Positions 1 to 13,752 of a DNA stretch of 64,000 bases are shown here, in pieces. The position numbers and the translations under genes are program-made. Below the pieces are notes generated by a model that worked only from the letters and a program-made list of their open reading frames with translations, was not told the DNA's origin and made no database searches. The number at the start of each line of letters is the position of its first letter. The stretch's first letter is position 1. The stretch comes from Octopus bimaculoides (taxonomy: Eukaryota): positions 87,746,630 to 87,810,629 of the forward strand of contig NC_068987.1 of assembly GCF_001194135.2 (NCBI RefSeq), read 5' to 3'.

Positions 1-290
1 GTGCACACCCACACGCACACACCCACACCAATACACACTCACACACCCACACCAATACACACGCACACACACACATCCACACCAATACATACGCACACAC
101 CAATACACACGCACACATCAATACACACGCACACACCAATACACACGCACACACCAATATACATGCACACACTCACACCAATACACATGCACACACCCAC
201 ACCAATACATACGCGCACACCCATACCAATACACACGTGCACACCCACACCAATACACACGCACATGCACGTGTACACACATACACGCAT
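1..290. repeat. CA-rich minisatellite (CACACCAATACACACG-like units) within a SINE body
   Basis: Directly visible tandem units. It explains the His/Thr ORF 1..492. Confidence 0.85.
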
Positions 291-458
291 GATGGGCTTT
301 TTTTTTTCAATTTCTGTCTACCAAATCCACTTACAAGAGTTACATCGGTTTGGGGTTATAGTAGAAGACACTTGCTCAAGGTGCTACACAGCAGGACTGA
401 ACCTGAAACAATGTAGTTGGCAAGCAAACTTCTCAACCACACAGCCATGCTTGCACCT
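290..458 (-). mobile_element. tRNA-headed SINE family A (head portion)
   Basis: Reverse complement of the GGCTGTGTGGTxAGAAG...GGTTCAGTCC head shared by more than 20 copies in the window. Confidence 0.75.
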
Positions 459-1159
459 TATGGAGACAATTTCGTCTTCACAAAATGAATGAAAATAATT
501 CACTTTCTTTTGGATAAACATTACAGGAAAATCTCATTTGTTACAGGTCTCCTTAAAGACAGGTAATTTTGTTGGAAACAGAGGACATATTACTGAAAAG
601 CTTACCACCAAACACATCTTGTATTTTTATATCGTCTATATTTAAAGAGAATGACAAAACAAAACATTAAAACACAATCTTGTTGAAACGAATAAATAGG
701 TTATAAAATAATAAATATGAAGATAAACAACTTCATCAAAGCAGACTGTATTTTAGACAATAAATGAATAAATTATGCTCTGTTGTAGCTACAGAGTTTA
801 TACTCTTAAAGGTATTCCATAATGCAATTATAGAACTCCACTGAAGCCCAGCAGATTTCTTATCTCAGCCATTCCACTGTTATCTCCTACTGCACTCCAA
901 GTGGTTGCTTCACAGTATATTTTTAGATCTTGTGCAGGTTTTTAAAGACTTAGGGTTAAGTTTATCGTTGAAGGTGGTGAGCTGACAGACTTGTCAGATT
1001 ATTGGATCAAATGCCTTGTAAGTATTTGTTCTGGGTCTTTGCATTCTGAGTTCAAATCCAGCTGAGGCTCAACTTCACTTTTCGTCATATAAAATAATGT
1101 ATATGACTCAAGATGCTTGTTATGCCTTAGCGTTTATTGTCCTCTTTCACAAACATTAT

Positions 1160-1193
<34 letters not shown>

Positions 1194-1589
1194 TATTATT
1201 ATTATTTTTCCTTTCACTGATTAAAATATGTGTTCATCCATGTATCAAAAATGCTGCTGCGGATACCATTTATTTCCTGTTTATGCTACTTACAAATTGC
1301 TACGCAAGAAGAACGGTGATAATTTTATATCAAGTATTTATATGCTAAAAAAAAAAAAATTTTTTTTTTAAACATTTGAATTTTACACTAACAAAAAAAA
1401 AATGTACAATTTAAATTTTCGGCACCACTCGCTATACACAAGCAGATTCTCTATTCCAAGAATGTTGCTCCAATTCTAAATACAAATATTTCTTAGTTAT
1501 TGTGAGAATCTTGGAAATATTAATTTTTTGATGCATCGCAAACAAAATGTATAAATCTTATTTGGAAACCAAATGAAGTCTAACCAAGA

Positions 1590-1720
1590 ATCAGTAGTGG
1601 TAGTAGTAGCAGCAGCTGTAGTAGTAATAGCAATATTAACAGTAGTAGTAGTGGTGGTGGTGGTGGTAGTGATAGTGACGGTGGTGGTGGTGGTGGTAGT
1701 AGTAGTAACAACAACAAAAC
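1590..1720. repeat. (GTA/GTG)n trinucleotide microsatellite
   Basis: Directly visible. It explains the poly-V and poly-T ORFs. Confidence 0.85.
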
Positions 1721-1837
1721 AACAACTCCTGAGATTATTTTGCAAGCATAACAGAGCTCTCATCTCTCTTACTGGAGCCACTGACCATGGTTAAGATTTT
1801 TGAAAAGAAACTAGGATTTTACAAGTAATATGTGACA

Positions 1838-2397
1838 TTCAGGCATGGCTGTGTGACTGAGAAGCTTGCTTCCTAATCATGTGGTCTTTGGTTCAGTCCC
1901 ACTACGTGGCACTGTGNNNNNNNNNNGTGTGCGTGTGTGCGTGTGTGCGTGTGTGTGTGTAGCTTGTCTTGAGATCATGTGATAGTTGTAAATGTTACTG
2001 TCATACAAGCAGTGTCAATCGTTTCCATGTTCTGTGAAAACATGTCTGGCCATGGGGAAATACCTGGCTTGGGAACAGGTAAGGGATGGCAACAGGAAAG
2101 ACATCTACCACAAAAAAAAAAAAACTCCATTTGACCCATGCAGGCCTGCAAAAGTGAGTATTAAAATGAAATTAAATCAAATGAAAAGCATGTGCGTGTG
2201 TGCATGTTGTGCGTATTTTAGACATCACATGATGGTTGTAAATGAGCACCATCATCGTACAAGCAAGACACTGGCCACGGGGAACTATTATCACCTTGCT
2301 TGGAAACCAGTGAGTGTTGGTGACAGGCAGGGCATCCATCTGTAGAAAATGTCTCGACAAATTCCATCCAAACAGAAAAGTGGACATTGATGACGAT
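1838..2397 (+). mobile_element. SINE family A, tail variant A2 (GGAAGGGCATCC...GATGA)
   Basis: tRNA-like A/B boxes, internal GT microsatellite, and a tail shared with copies at 6946, 16150, 30702, 53020 and 57880. Confidence 0.75.
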
Positions 2398-3729
2398 ACC
2401 TTTCTCAAGGGTCTTAAACAAGCATTTGAAACAAAATATTTCCAACAAATCATCTAATAAACTGTTGAGTTCTACACTTGCTTTGCCTGAGAAATATCCC
2501 CGACTTGTTTACTTTCAGAGTGAACATAACGTAAGGTTAATAATTCTTTGGTTATGTAAACTTTATTATTTGACAGACAGTAAGAAGAGAATAGCAATGT
2601 TTGAAAAACAAGAGGATTAATGCTGTTCTAGCAAGCGGATAGTAAGTAAATAAATAAAAGCTGTAATTGCTTATCTGTCAGACTAATAGCATTCACACCA
2701 ACAATAATGGATTATCAAAGAGAATAATTTGACTTGCAAGATTTAAGAGTTTGGACAAAGGAAACAGTGACAATCACTAAATTTGATAAGAGATTTTAAA
2801 AGAAACCTGCTTATATTAACAGCTTTGGGAATATATCTTAAAAAGCAAACAGAGCAGATTTTTAGAGCAAGAAAAAAAAAAAATCGATGAGCTTCAAAAT
2901 TTCAGGAAGATTGATTAGCATTATAAATAGTTATTGGCAGTTCACCTTAATATGTATAAACATATGATGAAATATATAAATGCATGTATAAGTAAAAGCA
3001 TTCCGGATTGCATTCAAACACAAATACACACATAGAGTGCATGTGTGTGTGTGTGTGTCTTTCTCTCTATATCTCTCTCACAACTCTGCAGGAATACATA
3101 CAAAGAACTGTTCAACCTGGAGCCACAAGTAGAAATCACATGCCCAAGGTCATGTGAGTAAACCCGAAATCACATGGTTGGAAAGCAACCTTCTTTAAAC
3201 ACACACACCACTACTGCCTGCACCTTTAAGATGAAAACCAAATATTGATAGCAGTTGAAACCTATTGCAGAATCTATTGTTCCCCATCTTCCAAAGAGAA
3301 AAAGCAATTGATTAAATATTTTAATGAAACAGCTCACGCAAATTTTAGATAATATCTTTAAGATGCTTAGCAGCTTGATACAAATCAAGCCTAAAAATAA
3401 TTTAGATCTGACATTCATCAATATGTAATTAATCTGTTTTCAATATTTTCAAAATTGTACCTTAAATTTGTTTGTTCAATATTTACCGAATCTATTCTCA
3501 AGTTTGTTAACTGTCCTTGATTTGATGACCTCGTTCCAACCACCTTGAGATTTCTTTATAATTTGTTATATCTCTTCAAAAATAATTTATACAACTGACC
3601 TTGTTGACAATTAAAGTGTTTTGTGTTTGCTCAGGTGAAGTGAGTGAGTGTATATCAACCTTATGCACACACACACACACACACACAGACAAACACACAC
3701 ACACACAGACAAACACACACACACACAGA

Positions 3730-3774
<45 letters not shown>

Positions 3775-4149
3775 TATCACGTGATTACTTTATGGAATTT
3801 TTGGTGGTTTTATTGCTGGTCTATTTTTTCTTTTATCATTTACAATATACTTATATGATTCTTAGCAGATTAAGAAGCTTGAAAAGGCTACGAAATACAC
3901 CAATTCAAGTAGAAGGTATTAAAAAGATCTAAATCAAATTTTGAATGTACTGCTAAAGAGTTTACACTTAAAGTTATTACAAAAACAATACAGAGTAACG
4001 ATTAAATAAGCTAAATATTCTGAGACACCCCACCAATAAATGTGTACATTTACTCATAATCACGAATATGTACTTTTAAGTTCCTCAAGGAAAAAATGTA
4101 TTTTAAGTATCTGAATTTGGGTGAATTTTTCTTTTCTTTTTTCTTGAAG

Positions 4150-4460
4150 GGTTCAGTCAAGTGGCTTACCCACCAGTGTTTATTTTATCAGTCTCTTCTG
4201 CTGAACTACAAAGTCATGAGAAAATGGAGATATAAACAAATCAACACTGATCAAGTGGTGGGAGGGAGGACACAAATAGACACAAAAACACACACAATGG
4301 GTTTCCACACAGTTTCCATCTACCAAATCTACTTACAAAGTATTAGTAGGCCTGGAACTATAGTAGAAGACACTCACACAAGGTGCTGTGCAGTGGGACT
4401 GAACCTGAAACCATGTAGTTTTGCAAAGCAAGCTCTTTAACCACACAGTCAACCCTGCAA
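4150..4460 (-). mobile_element. SINE family A
   Basis: Reverse-oriented head and body matching the other copies. Confidence 0.7.
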
Positions 4461-4487
4461 CTTTATGCTTGCACATTGATTAATGTA

Positions 4488-4695
4488 ATGCCAGTTTCAA
4501 ATTTTAGTACAAAGCCAGAAATTTCAAGGGGGTCAGATAAGTCAACTGCATCAATCCCAGTGCTCAAATGATTCCTATTTTACCGATCCTAAAAAGAGGA
4601 AAGTCAATCTCAGTGGAATTTGAACTCAGAACATAAAGACAGCCAAAATGCAGATAAGCGTTTTGTCCAGTATGCTAACGATTCTGCCAGCTTGC
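4488..4695 (-). mobile_element. SINE family B (GAGCTGGCAGAATCGTTAG head; TTTCATCCTTTCGGGGTCGATAAA core)
   Basis: Matches the copies at 12797, 16742 and 27940. Confidence 0.7.
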
Positions 4696-5669
4696 AGGAT
4701 CATTATTGATGAGTGTAATATAAGCGTTTATAAATATTTATGAGTGCACGTGTCCATAAAGTATGGTAGAAAAAAAATAAAATAAAAAGATATCGTATGA
4801 GAACACAAAATATCATGGTGCCATTCCACAAAATTTGATATAAATAACTTCTGCGAAAATTAGAACATAAGAGTCATTGCAAACAAGAAAGGAAACAGAA
4901 TTTTCTGAGAAATGTGTGACTAAATTACATGTTAGAACTACATGTGACATGGGTTGGCTAAGAGCTACAAGTCAATACAATGAAAAAGAAAAAAAAGCAA
5001 TTATATATTTTCATAGATTCAAATCCATCTCTTAAGTAGTTTACGAATAAAAGCATACAATTTTCAAACATTGCTGCTGCTAAAAAAATTAAGATAAAAA
5101 CTTGTGTTAAAATATTTGCTATTGCCAATGTAGAAAATGTAACCGTTCTCACTATCACAATCTATTTTAACATTTTCTTCCACTTTGGAATATGCTAAGT
5201 GAATCATCAGAATTTCTTAACAAATACCAGTTAGTTTAGATATTGGATTTTAGTAAAATCTCTTTGAAAGTGGTAATTGCTGATTTTCATTGTCTATTCT
5301 CAATTCTTATAAATATGAAAAAAAAAAAAAAGGCTACTAATAACTAAATCTCAAATTAAAAAAGAAATATAATGAAACTTATTTATTTTTACAAATAGAA
5401 AATATTATTTTCTAAACCAAAGATAAAATTCTTTTGAACACTTAATTGAATGGCACTCCAAAGTAATCTTAGGTTTGAAAACTGAGCAAATGTTATGAAC
5501 AATAATAAACTTATAGACAACAACAGCTGTAGACATTTCAACTTCAAAGCTACCTTCAATTTTAATTTATACGATATTTTTCAATCCTCCTCACATTATA
5601 TAAGTGAAACTTCTAAAACTAAGAGGAGAATAAAGTAAACCCTTTTTCCCCTATAGAACAGCTTAAGTC

Positions 5670-5900
5670 ATCAGCATCATCATTCAACATCCCTCTTTTT
5701 TTACCATGTTAGAATAGGTTGAATGGTTTGATAAGAACCAATGAGTCAAAGGGCTGTGCCAGCCCCCAATATCTGGTTTGACATGTTGTTACAGCTGGAT
5801 GTCTTTCCCTAGCACAAACCACCTCACAGAGTGTACTGAGGGCAGTTTTCATGGCACCAGCAATGGTAAGGTCACCAAATAATTGCAGGACAAGACCTCT
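5670..5900 (-). mobile_element. SINE-like family C, 3' part (GAT-repeat tail)
   Basis: CATCATCAT tail plus CAGCTGGATG-type motif shared with many copies. Confidence 0.6.
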
Positions 5901-6199
5901 CAACTGAGTGGAGTATAGTATTGAGGGAGGTGAAAATATGACAGAGGGACAGGACTGGGTGTCTTGTTGAAGAAGCAGAAAGATGGCTTCCCTATCTAGA
6001 GAGACAGAGAGAGATGTGAGATCAAGTCTGAATTGGAAAAAAAAAAAAAAATCTTCCGACATCAACAAAAGGAGTTAAAAAAAAACCAAAGAACCGTCTC
6101 TTAAGTCAGGGACTGGGAACAATTTTAGTACCAGGAGTAAACTGCAAGGAGGGGAAAAATCTGTGCTGAGAAAAATATGGAATCTTTGATTTTACTGGC

Positions 6200-6425
6200 A
6201 CATAAAAAGCACCATTCAAGCATGGCTGATGCCATTGCCACCTGACTAGCACAGAAAAAGCACCCACTACACTCTCGGAGTTGTCGGCATTAGGAAAGGT
6301 ATCCAGCTGTAGAAACCTTGCCAGATCAGATTGGAGCCTGGTGCAGCCTCGCAGCTCGTCAGTTTTCAGTCAAACCATCCAACCCATGCCAGCATGGAAA
6401 GCAGGCATTAAACAACGATAATGAG
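6200..6425 (+). mobile_element. SINE-like family C, 3' part
   Basis: ...CAGATCAGATTGGAGCCTGGTGCAGCC...CATGGAAAGC...GATAATGA tail. Confidence 0.7.
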
Positions 6426-6509
6426 ACATGCAACTTAAATTACTGATCAGTTTTTAAAACTAAAATATAATTTTTTTTTTTATATTAGATTTTAGAGATT
6501 TTGTTAGAA

Positions 6510-6765
6510 CATTGGTTCTCAATTGGGGTCCAGATGGCCCTTTGGGGTCCAGTTAAGATTTTCTTGTTTAAATTTATTTGCAATAAATTGGTTAAACTTC
6601 TGCAATGCACAAAGTACTTTTAATCTTTTTATACAATTCCTAATAATATTTAATTATAAAGATATTAAAAGATTTTTTTTAAACATCGAATGACTATAGG
6701 GTTTTCAGGAGAATAAAATAAGAATCATAGGGGTCCATAGGGAGAAAAAGGGTTGAGAAACACTG
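6510..6765. mobile_element. hAT-type MITE
   Basis: TIRs CATTGGTTCTCAA / TTGAGAAACACTG. Same family as 28194-28775. Confidence 0.65.
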
Positions 6766-6945
6766 TAGTGAATAGTTGCAGGGTTAAACAATCATTGAAG
6801 CGTTCCCCATCCTTGCTCTCAGTAGTTACCTGACTTGCTGAAAATAACAGCCAATAATACTTAAATCAGATCCTACCATTATAAGAAAAAAATAAGGATG
6901 CTTTGACCAATACCATCTCAGATTCACTATGTCTGGAAATAAGAC

Positions 6946-7385
6946 ATAGGCTGTGTGGTTCACATGGTTAGCTCACTTCCAAAGTATCTGATTAAGGGCT
7001 CAGTCCCACTGTGTGGAAGCAGTTGGCTGGTGCTCTCTACTGCAGCCACATGTTGTCCAGTGCCTTGGAAGTGAAACCGGTAGAGAAAACCACTAAGATG
7101 CCTGTTGTGTGCATGCATGCATGCGTGTGTGTGCTCTTTCATGTTGACATGTGAATGCTCATTATAAACAAAAACCTCCCTATTCATACAAATGGATTTG
7201 GTTGTTTGCCGTCCTCTACGAAAGCATGTTTGGGCTGTTCATTGATAAGAAATGGAAAATACAGCCATACTAAGAAGCTGTAATGATTTGGCATCAGAAA
7301 AAATATCCAGCCATAGAAAATTCTGCCTCTACATAGTCTTATCTGACTCAGGAAAACATGGAAAAGTAGATGCTAAGAAGAGGAT
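6946..7385 (+). mobile_element. SINE family A2 (degenerate)
   Basis: Head GGCTGTGTGGTT and A2 tail. Confidence 0.65.
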
Positions 7386-8574
7386 GATGATAACAGATTG
7401 AATATACTGAACCGCCTAACTGGACAACATTGTAAAATAAGTGTGAGGGACAGGATCTGGTCAGTTTGAACATGAAACAGAATACTTCAGCCAGATATGG
7501 ACCACTTTAAATGCTAAAGAGTTCAAATATTAGTAGAAAATGAAGGAAGGTGCAGAGATGACAGCCAATAATAAATTATGCATTAGTTTTCCAATGTTTT
7601 ATATGAACCAACAGAAATAGACTTTGTGCAGTTCTACAGGATACAATAAATGAAGAGTAGTTAAACAGCATGCGGTCTGAAATTACAAGTTTGATATAGA
7701 TCAGGAATTCAAGCATAGAATACAACAGGTTTTAATTTACAACATCAAGGCAAAGTTTACATCAATGCTGATGGGACAAGCAAATTGTGCTACATAAAAA
7801 AAAAGCATTTTTATCATAATTGTCCAAATGGAAGGAAGTTGGGAAGTTGGACTACTTTGTGTTTCATTCAACTGAAACATATCAAGATGAGAGATGGTGT
7901 CAGAGACCATAAAATTATGTCAACGTCCTTGAGTTAACATTTCATTTAAAGTCTACAGGTACAGGGGGGGGGGNNNNNNNNNNAAAAGAAGCAGATTCTG
8001 TTTGTGTTGCCGTTTTCTCAAAGCCTACAGAAAACAAAATCTCAAAATATCAATCATTCAAACTTGTCTAATGCCCAGTAAAAGAGAAAAGGAAAGCTTT
8101 TTCAAGTTTTGCTTTATATGGTCAAAATAGTCAGCAGATCACTGGTCTCTGATTGCTTGAAAACAAGTGACAACGTTTTTGGTCATCTCAAGGTTATTGT
8201 TAAAGATACTTTTTCATAGTACCTAGCAGTGGAATCAAACCCAAACCAGCATGATTACAAAGAAATCTTAAAACCATAAAAGCCAAGCCAATATTTGTTA
8301 ACTATTTTCCCCCAAGAGACAAGAGAAAAACAATTAATAAACCTAAAATTATCAAATTTCTTAATTAGGCATAAAGCTGTTTTTTTTTTGGGGGGGGGAG
8401 GGGGTTCGCAAGCCCTCGGATTCATAAAGTTGGTTACCTGGCTCTCATAGTGTATAAGTAACCAAAATCACAACACTTCCCCTGAATGGAATGCTGGTCA
8501 AAGGGTTTATAGTCATCATCCTTTAACATCTGTTTTCCATGCTGGCATGGGTTCAGCAATTATGAAGGGAGGGG

Positions 8575-8745
8575 GGCAAATCAATAACATCAACCCCCAG
8601 TAACTGACTGGTACTTTTTCAACCCAGAAGGGACGAAAGCAAAGCTGACTTCCATGAGATTTGAGCAAAGAATATAAAGAACTGAAAGAAATGCTGCTAA
8701 GCATCTTGTCTTCTGTGCTAACGATTCCACCAGCTCATTACCTTT
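8575..8745 (-). mobile_element. SINE family B
   Basis: Reverse-oriented core and head. Confidence 0.65.
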
Positions 8746-9768
8746 GCGAAGCTATTTGAATAGAGATTTAAAATGTATCACAAGAAACAGTCAAACATTT
8801 ATTGTATGATACAAATTCACACTCCACACAACTGCTTACATTCTTAGTTATTATAGCTTTCAAATAACATTTATTAATAATCAGCCATTGACAAGCTAAT
8901 TATACTCAATTATTAAGTTATTAGCATGTTGTTAATCAATTTCATTATCAACTTTATTTTCCAAAATCTCTATGCTCAGAACCAATATCTTTACACTATC
9001 CTCACAGCTACATCAAAGTAGTTGTTACATTCTTTTGAGTAGCGTCAGCATACATAGGGGTATCTATTTACAACAAGATACCAATACCAACTATATATTT
9101 ATATCAATAAATTATACGATTACAATGTACAATGAATCACCAATAGTAATTATGATACTATGATAATCAAGAAGAAATAACCACGATCGCAACAGCCGTT
9201 AAAAACCTATCGTTAGTAGCAGTCAGTAACCCCAATTTGCATTTTTTTTTTTTGTGTTTACAGTACAACAATCAATCTTGGAAGTACAAATAGAAAAACA
9301 TGTCTCATTTAGTATGAAGCAGTGGAATGTCAGTGAGCCAGTGCATATGGGACCTGACTAAAAATGGTACAAAACCAATACTTGGCCTAAATCTCATAAC
9401 CGTCAACACGAGTCAAACAAGAAATATTATTTTGGAGATTACATACCAGTAGTGCTCGGTTGTACCTCAACAACCCATTTCACCAACTGGTATTTTGTAA
9501 AAGGCCCTGCCTCCTCCTACTTTGCAACAAAGAAATTTTGCAGCGACATATCTTTTATCTTTTACTGCTCGATTTCCCTTAAATCACATCCTACTATCCT
9601 AAAAAGGATGACGTCTAAGACTTCAGTAGATAACATAGCATTATGTATACTAAAAGAAGATCGGCTGGTAATGACTGATACATTTTGGAACTTCAGTTTG
9701 CTCAATCAGAACAGAACTAGGGCTATACAACAACACTCAGACAAAAAAATAAATTGAACCTTTTGATG

Positions 9769-9805
<37 letters not shown>

Positions 9806-9809
9806 TTCA

Positions 9810-10170
9810 AATACACATGCTTGGCTGTGTCATAAGAGGTTTGCTTCCCAACCACATGGTTTTGGGTTCAGTCCCATGTGTGGCATCTAGGGCCAGTGAC
9901 TTTGTTATAGCCCCAGGGTGACCAAAGCCTTGCAAGTGGATTTCATAAACTGAAAGAAGCCCATCATATATACAAGCAAGCATGTGTGTTGACTGCTTAA
10001 CAACCACCAAGTTTATATCCTCATAACTTAGCAGTCAGTAGTGTAGAGACTGATAGAATAAGTATCAAGCTTTAAAGAAAAAGTAATGGGGATTGATTTG
10101 TTTGACTAAAACCCCTTCAAGGTGGTGCCCCAGCATGGCCACAGTCCAATGACTGAAACAAGTAAAGACA
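9810..10170 (+). mobile_element. SINE family A1 (CAGCATGGCC..AGTC..ATGACTGAAAC tail)
   Basis: Full head, body and tail. Confidence 0.75.
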
Positions 10171-10840
10171 TAAATCAAACTCAGTTTTGATATATAAGTA
10201 ACCAAGAGATCAGAGATTGATTAACTGTTCAGAGGTTTGATGGCTTACATAAGCACTGAGATTGACATGGTCAATTAAATTGGGACTAAGTCTGGCTGAA
10301 AACATTTTAAAGTCACAATCATTCTGCCCCTGCCTCCACCCCCTCCAGCTCCCATCCAAGTCTATTTACAACTGAGCAAATCAAAGTAAATCAACAAACA
10401 ACAGTATTAATAGCAAGTTTATTTTAAAGCTTAATGCAACCCAACATCATTTGAAGCCAAACAATAACAATAGGAATTAAAGATAGATTCCGATAAAGAT
10501 CAACAAAGCAGTCTTGAGTTCAATCCCACTCTGTGGTACCTAGGACAAGTGCTTCTGCTTTAGTCTTGTGCTGACTAAAGCCTTGTGAGTGGATGTGGGT
10601 CAATTTGTTTGACTTATTAGAAAATTACTATTTGTAAATCTCACAACAGATATTCAGCAACAGTACTTTGGAGTAAAGATTATTTGCCAACATAACATGG
10701 CAGTCCTGGTTTAGGAATATCTCTCGTTATGAGATTTACATATAATAATTTTCTAATTTATAGATCAGTGACTAGTTGTCACTTTGAAAACTATATATTT
10801 CGAACAGGAATTTGACAGCGCCACCTCTAGATGAACAATT

Positions 10841-10883
10841 CAGTGCTGACGAAGGGAAATAACCCAGAAATCGCAATACACAG
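10841..10883 (+). ncRNA. Minimal type-I hammerhead ribozyme-like motif (Penelope type)
   Basis: GTG-CTGACGA-A-GGG aaataa CCC-A-GAA-ATCGCAAT-A-CAC: canonical core, helix II, near-palindromic helix III, 3-bp helix I. Confidence 0.45.
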
Positions 10884-12327
10884 ATATTGTTTTGAGCTGA
10901 GTGAGGGTGCTAGATTCCCTTGTTCAAAAATATAAGGACACAGATCATGTCATATAGCCAGCTGGAGATGATGTCTCCCGGGGGCTAAATTACAGCAACA
11001 TTCATACTAAACCAGGATTGCCATGTTATGTTGGCAAAGAATCTTTACCTGTTTGAATAAAACTCTTCAATGTGATGCCCCAGCATGACCACCACAGTCC
11101 AACAACCGAAATAACCATGATAAAAAAAAATCCTTTTTATGTTCATTAATGTACACTAATGACATTTTAAAATTAATATTCATATTTTTCTCAATCTGTT
11201 TTGTTGTTTATTTATATTTTTGCTTTTTAGGGAAGTGTATGGTTTTATATTTTCAATGTTTTTGAAAATACTGTTATTATGCAGAGAAAGAGAGTAGATC
11301 AAATATATGTTTAACAATCTACTTTCACTTTAGTTTATTGAAGGTTAAAAAATAAAACTAACGACTGAAAAACTGAAATGAATGACATAGATAATATTGA
11401 TTTAACGTAACAAATATGAAGAGGGAAGTACATTTATTTGAATGCCGATACAAAATGTAAATGAAACTCAGATTTTACATGCAACTGCAGTATATCGATC
11501 TAGTGCATATTGAATTTAAATATCCTTAAAGATGAAATGTTCTTTAATGTGAATAGCTAATGCAAATGAGATGTGTGAATTTTTAGTTCAATAACATTGA
11601 AAAATTACCAACATCACAAGAGGATAATATCTAATGTGAGACAGTAACAAAATGCATTAGAGACAAGGTATTAGTTAATTAAAAAGAAAAAAATGGATTG
11701 GTGAAGAGGGAGAATTAAACAATCACAAAATGGTGGTGGTTGATCAATGTTGGATCAAACATCTTTGGGAAGTAGAATAGACGAGGAAAATTTTAAACTG
11801 GCAGAGAAATTAATTTGTAATGAAAGAGAAAAGATCAACAATGTTGAAAATGGATTATGTAAAAATCTCCAAGACAAAAGAGTGTTTGATAAAAACAAAA
11901 AAAAAAGACAGGTTTTGTTATTGGATCAAATCTAGACGATAATTTTTCTAATTATGGGATGATGTAACAATTAAGTGAATGACCCTTAATTGCTTCATAT
12001 TATTAATGATATCACTTATTTTCACATAAAAGTTATGAAAAGACTAATAGAAAGATTTTATGGAAGCTTTATTGTAATTAAGCAGTAATTTTTTATTTTA
12101 CTAGTTTTATTGCAATTAAAAGCTTATATGACATCATTAGAATTCCAAGAGCTATATAACATATTGGATGGCAGACTAATGAATAAATAGTTCATTAGAC
12201 TAAATATCTCATTCTAGATACTAACAAAAAAAAACAAGATTAGTTAGAGTAAAACATTGTAAGAATTCGGAATTAGAATTACAGATTTATTTATTCCTCT
12301 AAGACCAGAATCAACATAAAGTGATCA

Positions 12328-13160
12328 CCATCATCATCATCGTTTAACATCCACTTTCCATACTGGCATGGGTTGGATGGTTTGACTGAGGTCTGGAGAG
12401 CCAGAAGGCTGCACCAGGCTCCAATCTGATCTGGCAATGTTTTTACAGCTGGATGCCCTTCCTAATGCCAACCACTCCACGAGTGTAGTGGGTGCTTTTT
12501 ACATGCCACCAGCACAGGAACCAGTCAGGAAGGCCTGGCATCGATTACGTTCAGATAGTGCCTTTTACGTGCCATGGGCATGGGGGGGGGCACTCAGGAG
12601 GTACTGGCATCAGCCACATTCGGACAGTGCTTTTTACATGCCACCGGCACACACGCCAGTTAGGCGGACCTGGCATCGACCACGTTTGGATGGTGCTTTT
12701 TACGTGCCACTGACATGGGAGCCTGTTAGAGGCCACTGGCTACAACTCTGATATTGGTTTTACTTGACTCAACAGGTCTTCTCAAGTATATCATATGTTT
12801 CTTTATTGCCCACAGGGGACTAAACATAGAGAGGACAAACAAAGAGATTAAGTCAATTACATCGACCCCAGTGCGTAACTGGTACTTATTTAATCAACCC
12901 CGAAAGGATGAAAGGTAAAGTCGACCTCAGCAGAATTTGAACTCAGAACATAACAGCAGACGAAATACCATTAAGCATTTTGCCCTGCGTGCTAACGTTT
13001 CTGCCAGCTTGCTGCCTTTCTCAAGTATATCATATCACCCGACACATCAGGGATACTCTTAACTGGGCCAGACATGCGTGGCTACAATCTCACTTTACTT
13101 GTTGGGTCTTCTCAATCACAGCATATCTCCAAAGGTCTCAGTCTCCTGTCATATAGCAAT
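12328..13160 (-). mobile_element. SINE-like family C with internal ~55-bp subrepeats, interrupted by a family B copy
   Basis: Tandem GTGC(T/C)TTTTAC(A/G)TGCCA subunits at 12490-12715; GAT tail at the left end. Confidence 0.75.
12797..13019 (-). mobile_element. SINE family B with 16-bp TSD
   Basis: CTCAAGTATATCATAT at 12781-12796 and 13020-13035. Confidence 0.85.
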
Positions 13161-13539
13161 ATAATCAGCATATCATCTCAACTCAACATACATTTTTTTC
13201 CCCCTATTTACCCCAATTATAGCAATGTGTTGCGAAATTTGTATCAGTTTGATTGTCAATTTGTATAATTGAATAAAGAGTACAAATAGAAATGTCGGCA
13301 ACAACAAATTAAGACAATCAACCACTAATTTTACTTAGCAGAACAAAACAAATAAACATAAAGGATTATTAAATCAAGGTTAAATATGAAGTTAATTGGT
13401 ATGTATGAAAGTAAAATTGTAATTAATTACTATGTAACTAATTTGTATACAATTCGTGTGTTTTATTATAAAAAGTAGAATAAATGATTTTATTTGAGAA
13501 GTATTAGTGGCAATCATGTCACTGCTATTATAAATACTT

Positions 13540-13752
13540 GAAGCCATTAGTATTTAAACTGGCCGAATATGGCCCAAATATTCTGTTTTATGTTTAGAAT
13601 GGCTAGATATGGCCTCTCGCACATACTCTACAAAAATAAACAATCACGTCATAGAAATCTCAAAGCTACAGGATGACACACGATTATTTAAAAAACAACG
13701 TGAATAGAGAAGGATTACATTTGACAGAGTAATCTGAATGCTAAAGGGATTA
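13540..13752. mobile_element. piggyBac-type (TTAA) MITE, degenerate
   Basis: Right end GAATGCTAAAGGGATTAA; left end a degenerate CCATTAGTATTTAAA. Confidence 0.5.

Noticed and set aside
10249-10295. 47-nt minus-strand segment with good splice signals (ttttcAG ... GTAAGC)
   Set aside because: Spliced after exon 3 it reads D-Q-T-stop and lacks the WW2 second half. At best it is a cryptic or poison exon, with no support here.
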